Of a stretch of DNA of 64,000 nt, positions 13,210-23,639 are shown in pieces. Position 1 is the first letter of the stretch. Each line of letters begins with the position of its first letter. Source of the stretch: Amoebophrya sp. A120 (taxonomy: Eukaryota > Protista > Dinoflagellata); the NCBI GenBank assembly GCA_905178155.1, contig CAJINV010000022.1, positions 725,044 to 789,043 of the forward strand, given 5' to 3'. The translations under genes and the position numbers were made by a program. The notes beneath the pieces were generated by a model. It ran no database searches and had not been told where the DNA came from. It saw nothing but the letters and a program-made list of their open reading frames with translations.

Positions 13210-13503
13210 AGCGGCGCCGGTTTTGTTGCCAAATCTGGCGCCAGCGGTGCGAGTTTTGGTGCCAGTTCTGGTGCCAGTTTTGGTGCCCAATCTGGCGCCA
13301 GTTTTGGGGCCAGTTCTGGTACCAGCGGGGCCACTTCTGGTGCAAAATCTGGTAGCAGTTCTGGTGCCAGCGGTGCCAGTTTTGGTATCAGATCTGGTAT
13401 TAGTTCTGGTGCCAGTTCTGGTGCCAGTTCTGGTACCAGCGGCACCAAATCTGGTGCCAGTTCTGGTGCCAGCGGTGCCAAATCTGGTACCAGCTCTGGT
13501 ACC
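13210..13503. repeat. Degenerate 9-12-bp minisatellite (CTGGTGCCAGTT)n
   Basis: Directly visible; produces the low-complexity GASSGAS and VPVL ORFs. Confidence 0.9.
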
Positions 13504-13504
13504 T

Positions 13505-13808
13505 TTGACGGGGGCGGAGAATCAGAATTGCAACACGAACACGACGATGATCAGTGCGAGGAATTAGAATTCAAATACGACGATCAGCACAACGACGAAG
13601 ATAAGCACGTGAAATAAACGAAATTTAAATCGTTTTGCCCCGTTTTGTTGGGTAATACTACTACTACTAAATGCTGTAGATGCAAGCAGATTATAGTATA
13701 CACTTGCGCGCTTTCGCCGTGTTGGAAAATCTACGGAGCAACGCATTGAACTTCCCCGAACTCTCTCATACGGTTCCTGAAATTGCAAAATATTCTGTTG
13801 CTGTCGAC
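13505..13808 (+). repeat. Dispersed direct repeat, copy 1
   Basis: Matches 17124-17360 (ACGAACACGACGATGATCAG.GCGAGGAATTAGAATTCAAA..; GGAAAATCTACG..CAACGCATTGAACTTC..) with an indel. Confidence 0.85.
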
Positions 13809-13824
13809 GTCCTCCTGAAAAATC

Positions 13825-16800
13825 ATGGAGGGCGTCGAATCGGGTCTGGAAACAGAGGTTGCAAAACCTTCACTCAGTAGCTCTGCCTCTTCTTCATCGT
13901 CCGCGGCAAGCCTCACCTCGCTCGCCAAACACAAGCAGAATATCAATTACCGGCCGGCACTTCAAGCTGCTTCCGCATCTTCTTCCGCATCAATCAGAAA
14001 AACCAGCAGTGCCAGGTGGAATCCTGGAGTTGACATGCTTCCGCCAATACCGGAGGAAGAAGAAGAGGACCAAGAATGCTTTGCAGGCCGGATGGACCAA
14101 AACTTCCTCCGGGAGAAAGCCCACGGAGGGGAAGCGCAGGACGTGGAGATGGGGGGCTGCGAAGTGGAAGTGGATGAGGATGGCCAGGACGTTGAGCAGA
14201 ACATCTCGGCCCGCACCGACGGCGCGGAAAACAAGGGGCCATCGAAGGCCGGTGGTAGTGATGGCAACACAGCAAAAACGGACCCCGAAGCCATCCCGAA
14301 GCGCAAGCGGATATTTCAAGGGTGGAAGAGACTAGGGATGAGTTGCGGCGTTCGCAGCTCCAGGTATTTCCCGTCCGACAAGGACCACCGGCACGAGCTT
14401 TTGTTGCAGGCGGTCGATTATGCATATGCAAATATGCCCTCTGGGTCTGGAAGAGGAAGGATACAAGTTTGTCATGCGTGTCTCACGTGGACGTGGCATC
14501 CATGTGAAATCTGTAATGCGTGAGCAGGAGTAATAAAGTCTCCTTTCTGTCATGCAAAAACGAAGCTTCCCGCACAGAAACCTGTCAGGCGTGGCTGCGC
14601 ATTGCTCCCGCCCACTATTTACAAACTAGCATAAAAAAGTTTCCAGGCCCAGACGAATCTGTAATGTATATCGAGGACACCAAAAAGAACTACCGTGCGC
14701 CTGAGGAAGGCGAACAGATTACGGTCTTGGAAATTTCCGACGATGGCCCTGGCTGGGGTCTTTTCCCGGTTCGCTTTGTACAGCTGTGCGACGTGATGGT
14801 CCGCTTGGTGGCGCATTTCGTTTTCGGCTGCAAGTTCGCGGCCAATGATAGTCGACGAAGTCCTGTCGAGATGCTCTGGGCCGCTCTGTGGGCGCCGATT
14901 AACGGCGTGGCGCTTGGGGAGGTTAAGTTTTCCGACCTTCCGCCTCACGCCAACGAAACCCTTTGCCAGAAGAAAACCTCGATCGCCATGCACCAGCTAG
15001 TCGAGTATCAAATGCAAATGTGTCTGGATCTGGAAAAGTGCCAGGTTTGTCATGCATATTTTCGGGGACCCATGATGTCTGTGTGCCGTCGCAGATTCTG
15101 CGAGGGCTTTCTGATGCTCGTGCCGCATGAGAAATTCTCTTTCAGCGTAGCAGAAAATGGACTTCTTTTGCTGTTCATGCAGTGCAGTTTTTTATGTAGA
15201 GTGCAAAACTAGTGTCACAAATTGCAATCTTCCACCAGACCCAGACATTTATTTGCATTGGATATCGTTATCGAGGTCATGAATACAATGTGCGGGGGGC
15301 AGGTCAAGTGGAGGGCGACGGGCTACGGGGCAAACGGGAAAACAGTCGAGGGGAGCATTTCCATGGACCCAATTCCACACCCCACGCTTTCCATTCCTGG
15401 AGCTTTATCTGGTGCAAATATGTCTGCGTCCGGAAGGATCCGAACTTGTCATGCTAAATCTGGAATGCGCAAAAATGCAAATCTGTCTTGCGCGACCCGC
15501 AAAATTTCCTCACGTCTTGCAAAGCACGGACAAGTAGGTTTGTCATGCGGAGTATTAGCCTTGAAGAGCATGCTCTTGCGAAATGTGTGATGCCTCTGGC
15601 CTCACTTACGGCCACGTACCTTGTGTGATGCACGAGATGCATGACAAACTACGCTCTCGTCCAGACCCAGACATATTTGCAGTCGATAAACTTCCAACGG
15701 AGACGATATTGTTGCGGCGGATTCCCCTTCCAGCCGATCAGCGAAGCGAAGGCCGACGTCCCTGCGGAGGAGCAGCGCGCCGGGGCGGAGGATTCAGGGG
15801 CGCAGGCGCCGGGCCCCGGCGAGGATAAAGCGACGAAGCAGGACGGGCCCATCACCGAGGCTGAAATCGTTCAGTTCCTGACCAAGGCAAAAACGCGTGA
15901 CCCAAATTCGCGCGTGTTCCGGCTGGTCAAGAAGGCCCTCACGCACGGCACGAGCATACCGGGCTGCTTCGTGTTGATGTCGTGCGACAACCCCGAATGT
16001 TGTCCCCAGGGGCCGCCGCAGCGAAAGCCGAAGCTGCAGCACCCGCCCAACCTCGACGGCAAAATTGAGGCGGTGATGTTGCAGGAACCTGATGACCTTC
16101 TCCTCAATGATGACGAGGATTGGTTTTGCGAGCCGGCAAATGCTATCAAGTGCAAATATGTCTGGGCCTGGAAAAACTTGCGATGCTGTATTTGGATTCC
16201 AAAGAAATCTGTATTGCGTGAGAAGCAAAGGGAGCGTGACTTTTGCTACGCGGACGGGGCATTTTTTATGCGGAATAGGCATCAAGAAATCGATCCTCAA
16301 AAACTCTGTGGCGCTCCACACAGACGTCATGGCTCATGCAGAACGTGCATGACAAGTCTCAGAATCTCCAAGGCCATGACATATTTGCATTTGATAAACG
16401 ACGAGGACATCGACCTGGGCGACGAGATCGGCACCGAAGGCGTCGATATGCCGAAGCGCGCCGATACCGTGGAAAGCTTTGTGCGGTGGTATCAAGTGTA
16501 AAAATGTCTGGGTCTGGAAACTTGTAATGCTAAAAGTGAATGATGGACCTACTGCAATACGCAGCTATGCATAACAAATTTTTTGGCTGCCATGCCTTAC
16601 GTATTCCGCATGGCAAACTGCGTTTTTGCATGACAGGTAAGAGGGCCTTTCCGTGCCTATGCAACACAGATTCTCGACTCATGCCAGACAAGCATGACAA
16701 ACTTGCATTCTTTCAGACCCAGACACTTTTGCATTTGATAGGTGGGGGAACATCACTACAACGAACCGCACCCAGCTCGGAGTTTGTGTCGCCCTAGGCA

Positions 16801-17081
16801 AGTACTACGCCAGGGTGGCAAGGGCACAAGCGGCCGAGCGGCACCAGCTGGAAAAGGAGGAACAGCGGGAGCAGAAGACTAGGGCAAAAACCAAGGCCGC
16901 CGAGGCCAAGAAGCGGGCGAGAGAGCTACCGCAGGGCGCCTTTCGCGACGACTGGATAAACGGGTATGCCCCGCGCCAGTTTTGGTACCAGTGCTGGCAC
17001 GCCGCCACGTGTGTTGCCGGCCGTTGTAAAAAAAGAGTCATGAAACTAAATGTGGTAGACTACATGCTGGAACCAGTGTAA
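13825..17081 (+). CDS. Hypothetical protein split by 5 introners; one apparent frameshift near 15693-15881 (possible pseudogene or two genes)
   Basis: ATG at 13825; in-frame joins across 14419-14670, 15006-15264, 16144-16396 and 16490-16740; ends YMLEPV* at 17081. Confidence 0.6.
14419..14670. mobile_element. Introner family A
   Basis: TIR pair; DR TCGAT/TCGAG. Confidence 0.85.
15006..15264. mobile_element. Introner family A
   Basis: TIR pair; DR TCGAG/TCGTT. Confidence 0.88.
15406..15688. mobile_element. Introner family A
   Basis: TIR pair; DR AGCTT/AACTT. Confidence 0.88.
16144..16396. mobile_element. Introner family A
   Basis: TIR pair; DR AATGC/AACGA. Confidence 0.88.
16490..16740. 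mobile_element. Introner family A
   Basis: TIR pair; exact DR GGTGG. Confidence 0.93.
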
Positions 17082-17123
17082 GACTTTAGAGAAATGAACG
17101 CTACATCCTGGAGCTGCTTTCTC

Positions 17124-17360
17124 TTGACGGGTCAAGGAATTAGAATTAGAACACGACGAACACGACGATGATCAGCGCGAGGAATTAGAATTCAAACACA
17201 ACGATCGGCACGACGATGAAGATAAGCAGATGAAATAAAGGCAATTGACTTACGCTTGCGCCTTTTTGCCGTGTCGGAAAATCTACGAGACAACGCATTG
17301 AACTTCGCCGGGCTTTCTCATACGGCTCCTGAAGTTGCAAAAAATTCCGTTGCTGTCGTA
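17124..17360 (+). repeat. Dispersed direct repeat, copy 2
   Basis: Matches 13505-13808. Confidence 0.85.
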
Positions 17361-18038
17361 GTACACTGCCACAACAAGTGGATAGAAAAAGCTTGCCGGG
17401 ATAAATGTGCTCGGCCAAGGCCACAACTGCGACAGTCTTCTACTAGTGTTCACCTGAGCAATGAATCACGCCTCATCAAGTGGTTCCTTTTATTTGGACG
17501 CTTCGTCTTCTTAGCCCTTTTTCTTTGTCCACTGTGCGTGGTCGCAAATCTTATCGTCTCCGGATCACCTCAAGACACTAAACCGGGTGGCGTTGTCCTT
17601 GTGTGGATCCCTCGTCGTTTTGGTTTTCTTTTCGTGTCCGTAGCCTGCAAGCACAAAGCGTGATGCGTTCTGGCTAGATTAGTAGTTGAGGCTCGTTATT
17701 GAAATTGTCGTGCTGTGAGTCTAGTGCAACTGCAAGTGCAACGCCGATCTCGGCTGCAAACATGCAGCGGAATTTTAACCCGCCGCTGCGAGGGCGATCG
17801 GTCGGCGCAGCACTACCGCCCAACAATGCGCCGCGGCCGACTGGAGCAGTGATGATATGGCCTGGTCACGGGTCGCGCCCTCATCTTTTGCATAAAAATC
17901 CGCTCTGCATCTTCAAGGAATTCGCATGATTTTTGCCATGCAACGGTGCAGAGGCGGGAAAAATAAAAATCGAGGTCCGGCGAAATAGAGCCTTAGCACG
18001 CCAAAGGCTACAAGAGGATGAGTTTTCAGTCTCAGAAA

Positions 18039-19311
18039 TCTATATTCTTGCTCGCTCGAGCTTCGAGAAGCGTCTATGCTCATGCAGACCTAAATGTCAT
18101 GACGTCACAGGAGAGTTTGGGTGAATAAAAAACACTGCAGTGCAAAAGCATGAAAAGGTTGAGGGCGCGACCGCTGAGCAGCTCATAAGCACAACAACAC
18201 CGTGTAGATGCACACCAGATTGAGCAGGGGGTGCACATGCAGCACACCAGAGACGCGAATATTAGAGCGGGGCATGAACACGTCAGGCATCCGCGACAGC
18301 TGGGCGCGAAGTAGTGAATAAAAAAAGCACTTGGGCCTATTATCGTAGGGCGCATAAGCAGCTTACGGCGAGCTTTTAGTTTTATCCGCGCGTGCAGCGG
18401 CGCTAAACGGGCGCAGAAGGAGGGTAGAGGCAAAGAAGGCGCCAGCCACGTACTTAGTGGGTCCGGGGAGAGGGTGCAGAGGGTCCGAGGGGGTCCACAG
18501 TATAGCTGGGCCCTCTGTGGGACCATCTGTCGCGACCCTCTCCGGGAAGCTCTATGTGGTTTCTCGGAGGACCCTCCCATGACTTCTCCTGCCCCCCCCC
18601 GGCCCTCTTTCGGATCCTCTCCGGGCCCTGTCCCGGACCGTCTCCCAGACCCCCTCCTGGAGCCCCTCCCGGAGCGGCGCCTGTCTGCTGGCGGGCGGTC
18701 TTGCTTCAACGGGGGTCGGCAGTTCTGAAAAAAATTCAACTTCGGGTCAATTTGGCTGCCCAAAGTGGCCGCGCCGTTCTGCGCCCCGCGGAGGGGGTGG
18801 GTGCGGCGCAGTGCCTTACAGTGGGCGGCCGCTTGAGGGTGCCGCGCTCAACTTCCAACAACGCCCGCGCACGCGCGGGCAACAGGGGCGGGGACGTTTC
18901 TTTAAAAGGAACACGGCCAAACCTGCGTCCACATTCTGGTGGGCCCCCCCCAAGAAGCGACACCATGGCCCTTGCTCTTCTTGGGTGCGCATTCTTGTTC
19001 GTGCATCTGCAAAAAGCAGCCTCCTTCCTTTGGCGTGATGGCGGGGCCGCACTACAGGGCACCCTTCCCTTCGCGGCACCAGGCCGGCGGCCAAGCTAAT
19101 TGTCCGGGGCCCCCTTTCATGGAGAAGAAGGCCGGTGCGGCGGCTGTGCATCTGCGCGCGCCATCCGGGCGAAGGGCGCAGCAAAGAAGAATTTCTTCTT
19201 TTGCTGCGCCGGGGATTCGACGTAGCGAGTCGGTCGGTGGTGCCGCTTTCCCCACCGGAATCCTCCACCAAGCAGCCCACCCCCCGGCGGCCGCCGCCGG
19301 GGGGTGGCTGG
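18039..19311 (+). mobile_element. Putative non-autonomous Helitron-like element
   Basis: A|TCTATATTC 5' end; GC hairpin CCCCCGGCGG-CCG-CCGCCGGGGG followed by CTGG|T; no TSD; GC-rich interior resembles 30112-30941. Confidence 0.55.
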
Positions 19312-19325
19312 TGGAGTAAAATACC

Positions 19326-21481
19326 GTGGCGCAGAAGTTACTATCGAACACCGAACAGACTGTGGCTTCGGAGCTGACACTACGAAGCCACGCCACTGGT
19401 TCGTGGTCGAAGTGCAGTTTTTTTGTTCGCTATAATCGCCTCCAGCAGATAAATCGCCGAAACGGGTATGACAACGTCCAGACAATGGCCGACTTAAACG
19501 CCAGGCCGGTACCCCGCAACATACAGCCCCAAGAGATCCCGCGTAAGCGTAACGATCGTGTTATGCAATGCAAATATGTCCGGGTCTGGAACGGTGCAAC
19601 TTGTCATGCTGCAGTTGAATCTGGCAAAAATCTGTGTTGCGTGCGCGGCTAATTTTACATCCACCTCGCCCCGCGCAAAGTTCCCATTTCTCATGCGGAA
19701 TAGGCATTAACCAGCTTCTGCGCACTCTGTGATGCTTCTGGATGCATTCCAGAGGACCATCTTGGTCTCTGTGTTGCACGAGATGCAAGACAAATTTTGC
19801 GCTCTCCAAACGAACCCAGACATACTTGCACTGGATGCAGGATCATGATCGACAGCAACTACACCAGGCCTACCACGACGACGACGACCAGATCTATCAA
19901 ATGCAAATATGACAGGTCTGGAGGAATGAAAGCTTGTCATGCTAAGGCTCAATCGCGGAAAAATCTGTGTTGCACGAACGCCGGGAGTTGCCCGGTTCTT
20001 GTTGTCATGTGGAATAGACATGTCACAGGCGTCGCTAACTATGTGATGCTTTTCTGTGCATGCCAGGCTGCGGGTGCGTGTGTGGTCCGACGTGAGATGC
20101 ATGAGAAATCTCGCATCCTTCCAGACCCAGACATATTTGCAATGCATAACTTCGAAGGCCGAGGCCGGGCAATATCAAAGTGAAAAATCCCCCCCTCCCC
20201 ATTTTCGCAAGGAAGCTTCTGATGCTGGATTTGCGTACACGAATAAGCTCTGCCTTGGTTCCACAATCGGGCGACATCCTCTGAACTTTTCTTCTTGCAG
20301 GACGCGACAATCAATTATTTGTGGTCACAAATCAGCATCACAAATTTCCCTTTCGAGTATGGGCAGGGGGCCCCTTCTCACAGAATAGCCGCGAGAACAG
20401 CAACTAGCAGTCGCAGAACAGCAACGTCGAGCGCGAAAGCAATCGTGTCCCATGCGCATCCGGCTGATGATCGTATCAAATGCAAATATGTCTGGGCCTG
20501 CAAGAAAGCAATACTTGTCATGCAGAATTTCCATGCCTCCCGCGGTCTGGAATGCAGCACCTAGCATGGCAGGTTCTGCGAGGTCTCTAAACCCTATCAT
20601 GCCTATCCTGCACTTTCTCTCATTATGAGATGGTCTCAACGATTATGCTTTTAAAAATTCAAAAAAATCTTTATTAAGAAAGCAAATAGCAACAATTAGC
20701 CGCCGAAGCCGCCGCTGTTTTCGCGCCGTTTGTGACGTCGTTTGCCGCCGTCTTCACAAGCCGTCGTATGAGGTTGTTAAATAAGTAGTTCTAAATGAGA
20801 TCCCAATTTGAACTAGCTAGTTTAGGTAATAGACATTCTCATTGCCATGAGCAGCTTGAACCCACTCAGCTAAGGTGTTTGGCCGGCCAGATCGACACGG
20901 CTTCCAAGGTTGACGGGCCCGAACTTCGTCTGGGGCCCCGTCCGGGGCTCCGAGCAACATTCCGGTGGAGCATCCAAGGTAGTCGGCAGCTTCGGATCGC
21001 AGGAGAGGAGAGAGCTGGCGGCACCTCAATGCAAATCTTCAAATAGCTACTTTCTAAGATGCATATTAGCTAGTTCAAATTGGGATCTCAACATTTAGAA
21101 CTACTTATTTATCACATTCATAATCTGCCAAGTGGCGACGCGCGGAAGCTGTGGACAACGGAGCACCAAAACGGAGTCGATTCAGGATGGATATGTGCCT
21201 ATTTGCTGTCTTAAAAAAGATTTTTTTGAATTATTGAAATCATAATCGTTGAGACCATCTCATACTCATGTTGGTTGAAAAAAGCACAAGAACCTTCGGT
21301 GATTGCGCAAGACACATTTTTTGTGATCCACAAGACGCATGATCACAGGTTCCATCCTTCCGGACCCAGACATATTTGCAATGTATACGTCGACGAACTG
21401 CAGCCAAGTGCAGAAGAGCGGAGGATCGAAGCAGAACTGCAGAAACTGTACGACGAGCGTCGCCAGGCAGTATCTTACTGA
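19326..21481 (+). CDS. Hypothetical protein fragment with 4 introners, start unresolved
   Basis: Removal gives RKRNDR.HDRQQLHQAYHDDDDQI|EGRGRA|REQQLAVAEQQRRARKQ..MI|DELQPSAEERRIEAELQKLYDERRQAVSY*. Confidence 0.45.
19562..19837. mobile_element. Introner family A
   Basis: TIR pair; DR diverged. Confidence 0.78.
19895..20148. mobile_element. Introner family A
   Basis: TIR pair; DR AGATC/ACTTC. Confidence 0.85.
20173..20387. mobile_element. Introner family B
   Basis: TATCAAAGTGAAAAATCCCCCCTCCCCAT ... ATGGGCAGGGGGCCCCTTCTCACAGAATA. Confidence 0.8.
20474..21387. mobile_element. Introner family A carrying a nested element
   Basis: Family A TIRs 914 bp apart; DR GATCG/CGTCG. Confidence 0.85.
20624..21264. 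mobile_element. Long-TIR fold-back element (family E), nested
   Basis: TATGAGATGGTCTCAACGATTATG ... CATAATCGTTGAGACCATCTCATA; exact DR CTCAT; second internal inverted arm pair at about 20775-20822 and 21066-21113. Confidence 0.92.
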
Positions 21482-21533
21482 AAACGGTCCCTACCGCTTC
21501 GTCGCTGCGATAAGAGTGTCGGAGCCCAAAACG

Positions 21534-21836
21534 TATGGATTGCAAATATGTAGTAGTCCGGGTCTTGAAGTGGAGAATTTGTAATGCTGGTCTTCCATTG
21601 CCGCAAAAACAGCACCGTTGGGTTTACCCCTTTGCATCGGCAGAGCATGATGCGCACCCCCCCTAAAACAGCTAGCCTAGTTTACGTAGGTAAATTGCCA
21701 ATTATAGTCCGGCTCCCGGAGGTCAGGGCCATCTACGTACCTTTCATGATGCTTGGCTGTATCTATCCGGAAGTGGCTGTACACGTCGGCATCGCAACTT
21801 TCCAGACCCAGGCAGCTGCATTACTTCAATGCGATA
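21534..21836. mobile_element. Introner family A
   Basis: TIR pair; exact DR AAACG. Confidence 0.85.
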
Positions 21837-23639
21837 AAACGCCTCATCGTGAGGCGCGAGGAGTGAATCACTTCTTGGCAACTTTTGACTGCGAAGACCG
21901 AGATTGCAGAAAAACACGTACTCGGCGTTATCCTCGTGCGAAAAGAAAGAAATTTGTCTCAATTTTGCATCTACCGAAACACATACGTTTGGAAATTGGT
22001 TGTTTTCTGCCACTTCGTTGTGAGGCCACGACATTCGCTGCTAGGCACTGACTACAACACCAGGTCGTATGGACAATTTTCAGTGTGATCCAAATATTCG
22101 TACAAAAAAGCACACCCATCTAAGAAAAAAATAAATTTGTCACGCGTCAACAACGAGAAAAGCAATTCCCTTTCACACAGCACAACGCAGTTCGCAATTC
22201 GTTTTCGGCACCCGAGGCCCACCAAGAGGGATTGTCATGCATTTTCGGTTACGTTTTTTCCGGCAGTACATCCCCCCGCAACACAAATTTGTTTTCATTC
22301 TGGTTTGGGTACATTTTTCCGTAGAATACCGACACAGAAGCGCTGGCACAAAGGAAGAAAGATGCGGTGGCGCATACCGAAAAAGCGTCGGCGCATACCG
22401 AAAAAGCGTTGGATTCTTTGAAGCAGTATCCTAAGGAAAAACGTCCCCAACTACACACAAAACGTGGCCACGTAGGATATAAATGCATTACATACTTCTC
22501 TCCCGCCTTCATCGTCGTTTCGTGTTCCTTTGATTTTGAAAAGTTTGAAGCTTTTCTGCGCCAGTTTACAAAAATTTTCATTTGCATTTGGTTATTCCCA
22601 GTACACAATCAAAGCACTCCAAAAAAACCAAAAAGATGCTATGCTGGGTATTTTGCTATACAAGTCTCCAAATTTCGCGGCCACCTCCGTCACCACCACA
22701 AAAAAACGACCATAGAAATGCCACGCAGGCCCCCAGACTTCGCGCGCCACGCAGGACAGACTTGGCTTCGCAGGGTAGTCGTGCTCAGCAGGTGCAGCAC
22801 TACAAAAATTGCCCACCTGGCCTGCTGATCCTGGTTCCAGCATGACAAGTTCCAAACCACCAATACCAAGTATAGTCGCCGTGGCGGGGCTAGTGAGGTC
22901 GGTGGCGCTTTTCCCACCGCCCTGGCTGCGGCCCGATAGTGAGCCTGCTTTTTTTGGGCTCGCTCGTCGAACCGCTGTAAGCAACGTTACGCCGCACGGA
23001 ATTGCGGCCACGTGAAAAGCGTCACATTTTGGCACATTTGCAAAATGCCTCTCGGCAAGCCAGCCCCGGGGCTTTTCTGCCGATCCGGGCGCCGCGGGGG
23101 GCGGCTAAAAAGCGAAGAAAAGCCGGCCACATTGCATTTCTTTTTTTTTGCGCCTGCGCCTTTCGCAAAGCTTCCGCCGCTTAGAAACCGCCGAAAAGAC
23201 GGCCACCTTCGCGGCCGCCCAAAATGCTCTGAGTTCGAGGGCGTGCCAGGCGGCTTCGTTGTTTTGGCTTTGGGCGCGTTTTTTTTGGGCGCCCTTTTGG
23301 GCACCCGAAATCGCCAGAACACCACGGGGCGGGTGGCTAAGAAGGGCCCCCCTCCTGCTGGCTCCCCTGCGTCGTTTTATCAAGCGGCGACCGATATAGT
23401 CCGCCGGCAATTCGTTGCCAGAAAAGCGAAACAGGCTGGCGCGCTTTGGTTCTTTTCACGCAAAAAAACTCGCTACAGACTTGAAAACCGCCGGCCGTTT
23501 TTGGCGGTTATTGTCAAGAAAACTGCCAGGCGAAGGCGTTCTGCGGCCTTGCTACATATAGGCTAGCCCTCCTGATGTTGCGCACGGGAAGCGTTGTTCC
23601 TGTGCCAGTGATGACAAGCGTAGCACAGGGACGTTTTTC

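Noticed and set aside
12220-13617. Overlapping ORFs, including a Gly/Ser/Ala-rich fibroin-like protein
   Set aside because: They derive from the 134-bp and 12-bp tandem repeats and are open in several frames.
13505-17360. LTR retrotransposon
   Set aside because: The direct repeats are diverged, lack clear TG..CA ends, PBS or PPT, and no RT or integrase motifs are visible.
22368-22410. 21-bp tandem duplication GGCGCATACCGAAAAAGCGT; a similar 2-copy repeat lies near 59906-59946
   Set aside because: Two-copy local duplications with no further structure.
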